From positions 1,568,001 through 1,632,000 of the forward strand of contig CP051526.1 in assembly GCA_050916045.1 (NCBI GenBank): DNA of 64,000 bases. Reading direction: 5' to 3'. Below, piece by piece: positions 36,354 through 46,055 of this stretch. A model generated the notes under the pieces. That model saw only the letters and a list, made by a program, of their open reading frames with translations, ran no database searches and was not told the DNA's origin. Source of the stretch: Tepidisphaera sp. Its GTDB lineage: Bacteria > Planctomycetota > Phycisphaerae > Phycisphaerales > UBA1924. Every line of letters begins with the position of its first letter. Position 1 is the first letter of the stretch. The position numbers and the translations under genes were made by a program.

Positions 36354-38047
36354 CGAATTCGACGATCGCGGCGACTGAAACTCGGGTGCAGGCTTCCCCG
36401 ACGCGTGCGAAGCATGCGCAAGCGGGCGATGAAGGGAGCTTTTCTGCTGTTCTGGCGCTCAAACTCGGGATGGGCCTGAACGCGGCGGTCGAGGTGGCGC
36501 AGAGCCTGCCGCTGGAAGCGCGGGAAACGACGGCGGAACCTGCGCGGGACCCGGCCAAGACGAGTGAACCCCAGTCGGCCCAAGAGCCAGCGGACTCGCA
36601 GGACGAAACCATCGCGGACGGCTTCGAAGCTGGTCCGGCTGAATCGAACTTGGCGACCAAAGCCGACGCGAAAGATGCCGCGGAGGCGAAGCGGGCGGAC
36701 AACGCCGGGCAGGCGAAAGCGGAAGCTCAGGCGGAGCAGGGGGCGGACCAAGCGGCCAACCAGCGGGAGGGGCAGCGGGTCGAGACGCTGACGGACTCGG
36801 AGCAGGCGGCTCGGGCAAGCCAGCAGACGCCGGTGAGCCAGAATCCGCTGGCGAAGGCATCCGCGAAGGCGGACTCCAAGCCGCAAGCGGCTTTGGCCGT
36901 GGGCGGCGCGGAGCGATCAACGTCCGAGACGACATCGACGCTGATCGCGGGAAAGCAGACTCGGCCCATGGGGGCCAAAGCGGGCAAGCTTGGCAAGGGT
37001 GAAACCGAGGATGTTGCCGCCGAACGTGCTCCGCAGGCGCGGGACCCGCTTGGGTTGATCCGCGAGCGGCAGCCGGAGCCCGTCCAAGCGTCCCCGATTG
37101 AACACGGCGGTGAGAAGAAGCAGAAGGAACCGTCGCCGACGGCGGATCTTGGACTGGTCCAGCCCCGTCACGCGGAACCGACGCGGGCGCGGTTCGCGGA
37201 TGCCTCGCAGGAACAAGCGGCGCGAGCCGCCGCGTCGTCGACGCCGGTGCAGGTTGGCACGCCCGTCGGAGCGGCACCGCAAGCTTTGGGCACGCCTGCG
37301 GTCGGCGGGTCGTCCGGTCGCGTGGGCGGTGTCGCCGCTCCGAGCGGGAGCGGCGGCGCGGGCGTGGGCGGAGCTGGCGTGGGCGGCGGCGGCGGTGCGG
37401 GCGGTGGGGCGGGCTTTGGGCATGAATTCGGCGGCCTTTTCGCGGGCGGGCGTGCGTTCGGGGTTGGCTTTGGAACGCCGGCGAAGGGCAAGACCGCTGT
37501 GGGCGTCGCGTCGGCCAAGGGTGAGAGCAAGGAGCAGATCCAAGCTCAGATCTCCCGGGGCCTTGCGGCGGCGCTGCGTCAGAAGGGCGGGGTGATGTCC
37601 CTCCGCCTCAATCCCGAGCATCTTGGATCGATGAAGATCGACCTCACGATCGAGGGCGGGCGCGTGACGGCGACGTTTGACGCACAGAGCGAGCAGGCCC
37701 GGCAGGCACTTCGGGACGGCGTGGATGGCCTCAAGCGGTCGATCGAAGAAGCGGGGCTGACCGTCAAGTCGATCGACGTGGTCGGGACGACTCCCCTCGC
37801 CACGACCAACCCGGCTTCAAGCCGGGATGACCGCTCCTCGCAGACGGCCGGGGATGCGACCGGCCAGCACGGCCAGAACGGTGACCAGTCGGGCGGCAAG
37901 GAGCGACGCGAACATTCCGCGCCAAGGGCGCAGGAACAGCCTGAAGCGCAGGTGTCGCCGGAGGCGGTCGGCCCCGGGGGCGTCTGGGCGGAGGAGGACG
38001 GTTCGGCATCGGGATTGCTGAGGCTTCGCGTGGACGCGGTGGTGTGA
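36350..38047 (+). CDS. fliK: Flagellar hook-length control protein FliK
   Basis: Low-complexity N-terminus; LRLNPEHLGSMKIDL C-terminal domain. Confidence 0.85.
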   Translation: MTNSTIAATETRVQASPTRAKHAQAGDEGSFSAVLALKLGMGLNAAVEVAQSLPLEARETTAEPARDPAKTSEPQSAQEPADSQDETIADGFEAGPAESNLATKADAKDAAEAKRADNAGQAKAEAQAEQGADQAANQREGQRVETLTDSEQAARASQQTPVSQNPLAKASAKADSKPQAALAVGGAERSTSETTSTLIAGKQTRPMGAKAGKLGKGETEDVAAERAPQARDPLGLIRERQPEPVQASPIEHGGEKKQKEPSPTADLGLVQPRHAEPTRARFADASQEQAARAAASSTPVQVGTPVGAAPQALGTPAVGGSSGRVGGVAAPSGSGGAGVGGAGVGGGGGAGGGAGFGHEFGGLFAGGRAFGVGFGTPAKGKTAVGVASAKGESKEQIQAQISRGLAAALRQKGGVMSLRLNPEHLGSMKIDLTIEGGRVTATFDAQSEQARQALRDGVDGLKRSIEEAGLTVKSIDVVGTTPLATTNPASSRDDRSSQTAGDATGQHGQNGDQSGGKERREHSAPRAQEQPEAQVSPEAVGPGGVWAEEDGSASGLLRLRVDAVV

Positions 38048-38081
38048 GGGGAAGTGACCTGGAACCTTGCGGAGAAAAGCC

Positions 38082-38495
38082 ATGAGTGCGATCAGCGGAT
38101 TCGGGACCAATTCGAACGTCGGCCAGGGGATGAGCGGTCTGACGACCGAGGACTTCACCAAGCTGATCCTGACCGAACTGACCAACCAGGACCCGCTTGC
38201 ACCCAACGACACGAACACCCTGCTGCAGCAGATGTCGACGCTTCGGTCGATCCAGAGCAACATGGATCTCTCGAACAACCTCTCGGACATCACCGCGCAG
38301 AACGAGTTCATCGCCGCGGCGGGGATGATCGGCAAGCGGGTCGAGGGTCTCAACCTTGACCTTGAGCGCGTGACCGCCGAGGTGGAGTCGGTCTCTCGCA
38401 CGCAGGGAGGGATCGTGCTCAACCTGGTCGGCGGCGACCGGATGCCGATGTCGTACCTCGACAGCGTGCGCGGCAACGAAGAAGCCAACCCGTAA
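38082..38495 (+). CDS. flgD: Flagellar hook capping protein FlgD
   Basis: DFTKLILTELTNQDPLAP. Confidence 0.9.
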   Translation: MSAISGFGTNSNVGQGMSGLTTEDFTKLILTELTNQDPLAPNDTNTLLQQMSTLRSIQSNMDLSNNLSDITAQNEFIAAAGMIGKRVEGLNLDLERVTAEVESVSRTQGGIVLNLVGGDRMPMSYLDSVRGNEEANP

Positions 38496-38528
38496 GGCTG
38501 AGCAAAGCGGAAGACGAGGAGCATCACC

Positions 38529-38984
38529 ATGAGCGTTCAGATGGATCTTCTTCGAAAGCTCGGCTCGGGTGTCAAGCCCGCGGGTGAGTCGATCACCGGG
38601 ACGCTGGGTCGGGCCGGGATCGGCTCGGCGGGGTTCGCCGATCTGCTCAAAGCGGCTTCGGCCGGCGAGATTCAGAGCGGGCGGCCGGTCGGGGTCGAGA
38701 AGGACTCGGACCTTGAACTGACCGAAAGCCAGCGGACCAAGCTCGCCGCGGCGGCGGACAAAGCAGAGCTTGCGGGGTCGTCCCGCGTGCTTGTCGAAGC
38801 GGACGGGGAGTGGTTCAAGATCGACGTGGGTACGCGGACGGTGAGCAAAGCGTCGGCGATCAAGGCCGGCGAGATGCTGACGGGCATCGATGCGGTCATG
38901 GCCGAGGCCAGGCAGGAGGGGCCCGTTGAACCGACGGGCGCGGACCTGCTGGGCAAGCTCGGGCGGAACGTGGGCAAGCGGTAA
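38529..38984 (+). CDS. Flagellar operon protein between flgD and flgE
   Basis: KLAAAADKAELAGSSRVLV...IDVGTRTV...TGIDAV. Confidence 0.6.
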   Translation: MSVQMDLLRKLGSGVKPAGESITGTLGRAGIGSAGFADLLKAASAGEIQSGRPVGVEKDSDLELTESQRTKLAAAADKAELAGSSRVLVEADGEWFKIDVGTRTVSKASAIKAGEMLTGIDAVMAEARQEGPVEPTGADLLGKLGRNVGKR

Positions 38985-39044
38985 CGAACTGGAACACCAA
39001 CCAAAGCCGCGGGGACCGCGGCTGATCTACTGAGGAGTCTGACG

Positions 39045-40772
39045 ATGGGATCGACGACGGCACTGTTTACGGGTCTGAGCGGGCTGAACGCCAACAGCCG
39101 GAACATGGACGTGATCGGCAACAACATCGCGAACGTGAACACGACGTCGTTCAAGTCGTCGCGGATGCTCTTCAGTTCGATGTTCTCGCGGACGATGTCG
39201 ATGGGCGGGCCGCCCTCGGACATCAGCGGCGGCACCAATCCGCGGCAGATCGGTCTGGGTGTCCAGGTCGCGGGGACGCAGCGGAACTTCGCCACGGGCA
39301 ACTTCACGACGACGGGCGACCCCCGCGACATGGCGATCGAGGGGAACGGGTTCTTCGTGGTGCAGTCGGGCAACTCGCGCAATTACACGCGGGCCGGATC
39401 GTTCCGCCAGAATCTCGAGAACGACCTTGTGACCGTCGGCGGCGAGCGGCTGATGGGCTGGGGCGTGGATGCGTCCTGGAACGTCGTCCGCGGCGACCTC
39501 CAGCCGGTGAATATCCCGATCGGGCAGATGACCATCGCGGAGCAGTCGCGGGTGGCGACGTTCTCGGGCAATCTTCGGGCGAACGGCTCGCTGCCGACGA
39601 CCGGGGCGGAGCTGACGCTTTCGGGCACGGACACGTCCGGGCTGCTTCTGGTGGGCGGCGGTTTCGCGGCGGCGGGCTCGCTTCTGACGAACATCGAGGA
39701 TCCCGCGCTTCCGGGCAGCGGCACCGCGTTCTACACGGCGGGACAGCAGATCCGGATCACCGGGGCGACCAAGGGCGGGCGGCTGATCCCCGACGCGACG
39801 ATGACGGTCGCGGCGGGCACGACGGTCCAGGATGTCATGACCTTCATCGAGACGACGCTCGGCATCACGTCGGGCGTGGTGAACCCTGACGGTTCGACCT
39901 CGGGCGTGACGATCGACGCGACGGGCAACATCAATATCGTTGGCAACGTCGGCACGACGAACGACATCGTGATGGGCGCGGGCAACATCACGCGGCTGAC
40001 AGCGGGCGGGTCCCAGTTGGGGTCGGCGTTCGCGAGCACGAAGACGGCGACGGCGGACGGGGAGAGCGTGCGAACGACGCTTGTGGTGTACGACTCCCTG
40101 GGCACGCCGATCAACATGGATCTGAATCTGGTGATGCAGTCGATCAACTCGACGGGCGGCACGACGTGGTCGTGGCAGGCGGAGTGCATCGACGATGACG
40201 ATGTGAGCCCGATCGTGGGCTCGGGCACGGTGAGCTTTGACTCCGACGGCCAGCTTGTGCCCGGATCGTCGATGAGCGCGAGCATCGATCGCACGTTGGC
40301 GGGCGCGGGTTCGCCGCTTGCGATCGACATCCGTTTCGCGGACGATCAGGACATGGTGCGGTCGCTTGCGGATCAGAGTTCGACGCTGACGGGCCGTGCG
40401 GACGGTTCTCCGATCGGGACGCTCCGCGGGTTCGGCGTGGCTCCGGACGGGATGATCATCGGCACCTTCAGCAACGGGCTGTCGCGGACGCTGGGGCAGA
40501 TCCCGCTGGCGACGTTCACCAACCCCGAGGGGCTGGTCGACATGGGGAGCAACATGTTCACGGTGAGCGGCAACAGCGGCTCGGCGATGGTGAACGAACC
40601 GGGCACGCTTTCGGCGGGTCAGGTGATCGGCGGGGCGCTTGAGACCTCGAACGTCGACCTCGGCCAGGAGTTCATCGGGCTGATCACGGCCCAGACGGGG
40701 TACTCGGCCGCGACGCGGGTGATCAGCACGACCAACGAGATGTTCCAGCAGCTCCTGGCTCTGGGCCGGTAA
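39045..40772 (+). CDS. flgE: Flagellar hook protein FlgE
   Basis: GLSGLNAN, IGNNIANVNT, YTRAGSF, LETSNVDL. Confidence 0.94.
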   Translation: MGSTTALFTGLSGLNANSRNMDVIGNNIANVNTTSFKSSRMLFSSMFSRTMSMGGPPSDISGGTNPRQIGLGVQVAGTQRNFATGNFTTTGDPRDMAIEGNGFFVVQSGNSRNYTRAGSFRQNLENDLVTVGGERLMGWGVDASWNVVRGDLQPVNIPIGQMTIAEQSRVATFSGNLRANGSLPTTGAELTLSGTDTSGLLLVGGGFAAAGSLLTNIEDPALPGSGTAFYTAGQQIRITGATKGGRLIPDATMTVAAGTTVQDVMTFIETTLGITSGVVNPDGSTSGVTIDATGNINIVGNVGTTNDIVMGAGNITRLTAGGSQLGSAFASTKTATADGESVRTTLVVYDSLGTPINMDLNLVMQSINSTGGTTWSWQAECIDDDDVSPIVGSGTVSFDSDGQLVPGSSMSASIDRTLAGAGSPLAIDIRFADDQDMVRSLADQSSTLTGRADGSPIGTLRGFGVAPDGMIIGTFSNGLSRTLGQIPLATFTNPEGLVDMGSNMFTVSGNSGSAMVNEPGTLSAGQVIGGALETSNVDLGQEFIGLITAQTGYSAATRVISTTNEMFQQLLALGR

Positions 40773-40833
40773 GGCTCCGAGGGCGCAGCGGCCGACGGGT
40801 GGCCGGCGAGCGGAGCGGCGCAGACAGTGACGC

Positions 40834-41754
40834 ATGACTGAGACGCAGATTCATGTGGGCGGTTCGGGTCCGTCGCCGACGCGTGTGCTGCTGCTGGTGC
40901 TCGGACTGGTGTTCGGCGTGGAGATCAGCATCATGCTGATCTTCACGGCGTTTCCGGGGTTGGTGAGCGGCGATTTTCTCAGGTCGCTTGTGGATGCGGC
41001 GACGCTGACGGCGGTGATCGCGCCGGCCCTGTGGATGATCGTGGTGCGACCGCTTCGGGCGCTCTTTGAGGAGCGAGGGCTGCTGCTTTACCGGGTGATT
41101 CATTCGCAGGAGCGGGAGCGTGCGTCGCTGGCGCGGGACCTGCACGACGACGTGGGGCAGCATCTGATGGTGGTGCTTCTGGGGATCAGCGCGGCCGAGC
41201 GTGCGACGGATCTGGACTCGGCTCGGTCGAGCCTGCGGGAAGTGCGTGCGATGACGACCCGGAGCGTGGAAGCGGTCCGGCGGCTTGCCCGCGGTCTGGG
41301 GCCTGGCGTGCTTGAGGGCCTCGGGCTTCGCGCGGCGGTCGAGCGGCTGTGCGAGGATCTGTCGTCCACCTCGCCGGCGAAGTTCGAGGTGAGCACGAAC
41401 GTGGATGCGGGTGTGCGGTTTGAGCCGGACATCGAGATCTCGGTGTATCGGATCGCGCAGGAAGCGTGCACGAACGTGGTCAAGCATGCGGAAGCGACGC
41501 GTGCGGAGATCAGGCTCATACTGACGGACGAGGTCCTCACGCTTGAGGTTCGTGACGATGGCCGAGGGCTGGAAGCGTCGGCCGTCGGGAGCGGATCGGG
41601 GCTCGGGCTCACGGGCATTCGTGAGCGGGCGCTGTCGCTGGGCGGTGAAGCGACGGTGCGTTCGGCTCGCGGGGAAGGGACGACGGTGCGGGTTGCGATT
41701 CCTGGCGTGGTGGTCACGGGCCGGGGGGGCGGCGTGGAAGGGAGCAAGCCGTGA
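40834..41754 (+). CDS. NarX/UhpB-type (HisKA_3) membrane histidine kinase
   Basis: ERASLARDLHDDVGQ, QEACTNVVKHA, DDGRG, GLGLTGIRER. Confidence 0.9.
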   Translation: MTETQIHVGGSGPSPTRVLLLVLGLVFGVEISIMLIFTAFPGLVSGDFLRSLVDAATLTAVIAPALWMIVVRPLRALFEERGLLLYRVIHSQERERASLARDLHDDVGQHLMVVLLGISAAERATDLDSARSSLREVRAMTTRSVEAVRRLARGLGPGVLEGLGLRAAVERLCEDLSSTSPAKFEVSTNVDAGVRFEPDIEISVYRIAQEACTNVVKHAEATRAEIRLILTDEVLTLEVRDDGRGLEASAVGSGSGLGLTGIRERALSLGGEATVRSARGEGTTVRVAIPGVVVTGRGGGVEGSKP

Positions 41755-42407
41755 GCAATCCCATCCGTGTGGTGATCGTGGACGACCATGCGCTGCTTCG
41801 GAGCGGGCTTCGGATGCTTGTGGACGGTCAGCACGACATGAAGGTGGTGGGGGAGGCGGGGACGCTTCACGAGGCGATCGAAGCGGTGCCGAAGCTTGCT
41901 CCGGACATCATCACGCTTGATCTTTCGATGCCCGGGGCTTCGGGAGTGGCGTCGGTCGAGCGGCTTCGGGCGGTGTCGCCTTCGAGTCGGATCGTGATCG
42001 TGACGATGCACGACGATCCGGCGTACGTGCGGACGGCGGTGGCGATGGGAGCGTCCGGGTACGTGGTGAAGAGCGCGGCGGACACGGAACTGATCGCGGC
42101 GATCCGAGCGGTTTCGCGAGGACGGGTGTTCATCGACTGCGGGAAGCAGTCGACGCTTGGCAGCGTGCTTTAGCCCAAAGCGAAGACGACGACCCCGGCG
42201 GACACGCTGAGCGAGCGCGAGCGTGAGGTACTCCAGGCGGTGGCGAATGGGTACACGAATCAGCAGATCGGGGATCGGCTGGCGCTGAGCGTGAAGACGG
42301 TGGAGTCGTATCGGGCGAGGCTGATGAAGAAGCTTGGGCTGAAGGAGCGGGCGGATCTGGTGCGGATGGCCATCGAGATGGGGCTGCTTTCGGGTGAGCG
42401 GGGTTGA
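41751..42407 (+). pseudogene. NarL/LuxR response regulator interrupted by in-frame TAG (42171-42173)
   Basis: Receiver domain to 42170; after TAG the same frame reads [43 protein letters not shown] to TGA 42407. Confidence 0.8.
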
Positions 42408-42423
42408 GCGGGGGTGGTCGTGT

Positions 42424-42469
42424 AGGGGAAACCCTCGCAGGTGCCGGGGCGGAACTCCGGGTTTCCCCG
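42424..42469. promoter_or_regulatory. Paired palindromic boxes, possible response-regulator sites
   Basis: AGGG-GAAA-CCCT and CGGG-TTTC-CCCG. Confidence 0.35.
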
Positions 42470-42593
42470 CTTTGCCGGCGATCTTGCGGGGGGTAGTGTG
42501 CTTCATCGATCGGTCGTCTGCTTTGAGCGGGCCGCGGGAAGGTGTGCTTCCGGCGTGCTTGCGGGGCGGATCGGCTTCGAGGGAGGCACAGCG

Positions 42594-43814
42594 ATGCTTG
42601 GACTTCTGAAACTTGACGGGCTGACGGCGTGCGCGGCGATCGTTGCGGCGGCGGGGCTTGGCACGGTGGGGACGGCGCAGGTCACGATCTACGGCGGGCT
42701 GTCGAACTTCGACGTGCCGAACGAGACGGACGATGACTGCGATGAGTTCGAGATCGAGCTTCACGGGCCGCATCCGGAGGATGTGTACCACACGTACTGC
42801 AACCCGAACTACGGGTCTCCGACGATTACGGCGATTCCTGGTGGGACTCGGGTGACGTATGCGAGGCCGCGGCGGGCGACGCTTCCGGGGAGCATCGAGC
42901 ATTACGGGATCTCGCTTCGGAACTTCAACGCGGATCCGACGCCGTCGTACCAGTGGAAGGTGATGGGGCAGCCGGCGGGGCAGAATTCAAACCCGCTTCA
43001 GCCGCAGATCGTGACGGAAGCGGGCACCAACGGCGAGGGGGATCGGGTTCTGACGGAGACGGTGACGAATCTGGATCCGTGGAACCGTCGGATGTGGATC
43101 AAGCGGAGCGTGACGAACGTGAGCTATCAGGTGACGCTTGAGGAGCTGATGCGGAATGATCCGCTGGTGGTGAACTCCGAGGATGTCGACCTGACGCCGC
43201 GGCTGCTGCTTCCGGGGCAGTTCGTGGTGTTTGACCAGCTTGAGGTTGAAGCGGGGACGTTCAGCGCGGTGATCAACTACGAGGTGTACTGCGACAGCGT
43301 CGTGAACGGTCAGCACCGCGTGGGCTCGTACGCGGGGATGGTGATGAACTCGGTTTCGCTTTCGACGATCGACTGCCAGCAGGGGGCGCCGTGGGTCATC
43401 GATCAGCCGGCGGGCGGCGAGGCTCTGGTGTATGGGGAGGTCGAGTTCCAGATCCGGGCGGACAGCGACGGGTCGAACGGCCCGCTGAATTTCCAGTGGT
43501 TCCACGAGGGCGTGGCGATCGATGGGGCCGACGGTGACACGGTGACGCTTACGGACATCAAGCCTGCGGACGCGGGGGCGTACTGGTGTATCGTGAGCAA
43601 CGACTGTGGGCAAGTGACGAGCGACGCGGCGCACGTGACGGTGATCCGCTGCCCGGCGGACTACAACATGGACGCGTTCGTGGACTTCTTTGACTATGAC
43701 GAGTTCGTGGGCGACTTCCAGGATGGCTCGCCGCGGGCGGACTTCAACATGGACTACTTCCTTGACTTCTTTGACTACGACGACTTCGTCGGCGCGTTTG
43801 AGACCGGGTGCTAA
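42594..43814 (+). CDS. Secreted protein with Ig-like domain and C-terminal GC-terminated dockerin-like domain
   Basis: Signal peptide; FQWF...DAGAYWCIVSN; CPADYNMDAFVDFFDYDEF x2 ending FETGC. Confidence 0.82.
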   Translation: MLGLLKLDGLTACAAIVAAAGLGTVGTAQVTIYGGLSNFDVPNETDDDCDEFEIELHGPHPEDVYHTYCNPNYGSPTITAIPGGTRVTYARPRRATLPGSIEHYGISLRNFNADPTPSYQWKVMGQPAGQNSNPLQPQIVTEAGTNGEGDRVLTETVTNLDPWNRRMWIKRSVTNVSYQVTLEELMRNDPLVVNSEDVDLTPRLLLPGQFVVFDQLEVEAGTFSAVINYEVYCDSVVNGQHRVGSYAGMVMNSVSLSTIDCQQGAPWVIDQPAGGEALVYGEVEFQIRADSDGSNGPLNFQWFHEGVAIDGADGDTVTLTDIKPADAGAYWCIVSNDCGQVTSDAAHVTVIRCPADYNMDAFVDFFDYDEFVGDFQDGSPRADFNMDYFLDFFDYDDFVGAFETGC

Positions 43815-43884
43815 GCGGCCCTGTCGGGTCATGGGAGAGACGTGCCCGGGGCGTGAAGCTTGGGGCACGATTTTGATTTCGGGT

Positions 43885-44697
43885 TCAGCAGCCGGCTTCG
43901 TAGCTTGCGACGAAATCGTCGTAGTCGAAGAAGTCCACGAATCCGTCGTCGTTGAAGTCGGCGGTGGCTTGGGGGGGACAGGCGCCGGTTTCGAAGCAGG
44001 TGACGTACTCGTCGTAGTCGAAGAAATCGAGGAAGCCGTCGGCGTTGAAGTCCACCGGGCAGGTGAAGGCGAGCTCGGCGGTGTAGGCGCAGCCGTCGGC
44101 GAGGTTGGCGCCGGGGAAGAGGGCGATTGAGGCGCTGGCGAAGGCGACCACGCGGTACTCGCCGGGTGGCAGGATGCGGTTGATGGTGATGGGCTGCGGC
44201 GAGTCGGCGTTCAGGACGTAGGAGATCGTGCCGTCGGTGCGCTGCAGGATGAACTGGGCGTTGGAGGTGACGCCGCGGGTGAGCGCGGCATGGGCGATGA
44301 GGCGCTGCGGGGTGGCGAGGCGGAAGCCGACGAAGAACGACGAAGAGGACTGTGCCGAGCCGGGGTCGCTCCCGAGGCTGAGCCCGGCGGCGGAAGCGGC
44401 TCCGGAAGCGGTCATGTGCGACGGTGAAAGGACCGAGTGGTGCGAACCGGTCGCGGAGACCGAAGTGGTGCCGGTTGCGGCGTCGACGGTCCGCGAGGCG
44501 ACCTCGAAGTCCGAGTACGGGACCGCCGGGCTTATGGCGAAGGCCTCACGGTCGGCGAGGGTGTCGGCGGTGAGCGAAATACGCCTGAGGTCAGAGAGGT
44601 ACTGGACCTGCGCGTGGGCCAAGGAGCCGCAGGCGAGCGCCACGGTTATCGAACCCGGAATGATCCATCCACGCGTCACGGGTCGAATATACGACAA
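43885..44697 (-). CDS. Secreted protein with GC-terminated dockerin-like domain
   Basis: Signal ending AHA; DFNADGFLDFFDYDEY / DFNDDGFVDFFDYDDF..YEAGC. Confidence 0.8.
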   Translation of the reverse strand: MSYIRPVTRGWIIPGSITVALACGSLAHAQVQYLSDLRRISLTADTLADREAFAISPAVPYSDFEVASRTVDAATGTTSVSATGSHHSVLSPSHMTASGAASAAGLSLGSDPGSAQSSSSFFVGFRLATPQRLIAHAALTRGVTSNAQFILQRTDGTISYVLNADSPQPITINRILPPGEYRVVAFASASIALFPGANLADGCAYTAELAFTCPVDFNADGFLDFFDYDEYVTCFETGACPPQATADFNDDGFVDFFDYDDFVASYEAGC

Positions 44698-44794
44698 ACC
44701 CGGAGGGATGCCAGTGAATCCCGGGTGAGGAGGCGTAGATGCGGTGGTTGTGAGGGGGATCGGCGCGGGATTCGGGGAGGTGGAGCGTCCGAAG

Positions 44795-45856
44795 TCAGGA
44801 GTTGCAGGGGCTCTCGAACGCTTCGACGAAGTCGATGTAGTCGAAGAGGTCGGCGAAGCCGTCGGCGTTGAAGTCGGCGTCGGGCGTGCCGGCTTCGAAG
44901 GCTTCGATGAAGGCCATGAGGTCGTGCAGGTCGACCATGCCGTCGTTGTTGAGGTCGGTCGAGCAACGAACGATGCCCTGGGCCACGAGGGAAGCGGTGG
45001 TTCCGAGGCCCGCGTTACCGGCGGTGACGGTCAGGCTGAGGAGCAGGTTGGCGACCGAGCCGGGGGGCAGAAGGGTGGGGAGCGCGAGGGGCTGGTTCTC
45101 GACCGGCGGGATCTGGGCGATCACCTCGGGAGGGAAGGGCTGGTCGATCGCGAGGTCCCACGCGATCGTGATGGTGGGGGGCGTCGTGGTGGTGTCGAGG
45201 GAGCCGGTGAGCGGCAGGACCGCCGGGGACGCCGGGAGGTCGAAGGTCTGGGTCAGCGCGCTGGCGGAGAGGGTCACTTCGACGGGCAGGAGTGCCGCGA
45301 AGGTGAAGATGCCCGGGTTCGCGGTCGGAACCAGCACGCCGGGAACGGGCGCCGTCTGGGCAAACGTGAGCGCGGAGACCGAGGCCTGGCCCAGCGGGAT
45401 GGGCAGGCGGACGCCGCCGAAGTAGACGGAGTTGGGGGTGAGGGTTCGGAACGTTTCGTACAGCAGCCCAAGGGTGAAGGGCACGTCGAGGGATGCTCCG
45501 CCCAGGAGGTCGGCGCCGAAGGATTCGAGGGTGAAGACACCGGCGTCGGTGTCGGCGGTGAAGCGGAAGGAGCCTGTGGGGCGGGTGGAGTCTGAACCGG
45601 CGAGGGAGAGGTCGATCGCGGCGGGGATGGGCTGATTGCCGGAGCCGCCGAAGAGGCCGGGCCGGGTGCGGGTGCCGCCGGGGTTGGTGGATTCGTCGTA
45701 GTTTCCGATGAGGGTGCCTTCGGAGTCGATGACGAAATCGGTGCTCAGGGTGAGGGAGCTTTGCGGTGTGAAGGTGAAGATGAGATCCTGCGCGCGGGCG
45801 GTGGGCAGGAGGATGGCGGCGGGGAGGACGAGTGTGAGGGCGGGGTGAAGACGCAT
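44795..45856 (-). CDS. Secreted protein with dockerin-like C-terminus
   Basis: Signal ending ARA; DLNNDGMVD / DFNADGFADLFDY..FESPC. Confidence 0.8.
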   Translation of the reverse strand: MRLHPALTLVLPAAILLPTARAQDLIFTFTPQSSLTLSTDFVIDSEGTLIGNYDESTNPGGTRTRPGLFGGSGNQPIPAAIDLSLAGSDSTRPTGSFRFTADTDAGVFTLESFGADLLGGASLDVPFTLGLLYETFRTLTPNSVYFGGVRLPIPLGQASVSALTFAQTAPVPGVLVPTANPGIFTFAALLPVEVTLSASALTQTFDLPASPAVLPLTGSLDTTTTPPTITIAWDLAIDQPFPPEVIAQIPPVENQPLALPTLLPPGSVANLLLSLTVTAGNAGLGTTASLVAQGIVRCSTDLNNDGMVDLHDLMAFIEAFEAGTPDADFNADGFADLFDYIDFVEAFESPCNS

Positions 45857-46055
45857 GGGATCTCCGAATGGTTTCGCTGATGATACCGGCGGAGGGTCCG
45901 CCGCGCCAAGGGAAATTGCTTCGAGGGACGAGAGAGAATCGTGAGCGAGAGCGGCTCTGGGGGTTTTCTTGGGGGCGCGGGGTCGATACTGTTTCGGTGC
46001 GGAGCGGCGCGGCTCTGCGAGCAGCGTCCGCCTTCGCGCCGGGAATCAGGACACG

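Noticed and set aside
42171..42173. Pyrrolysine or genome-wide TAG recoding
   Set aside because: No pyl genes in view; TAG ends other genes normally (e.g. RAYT, ispE).
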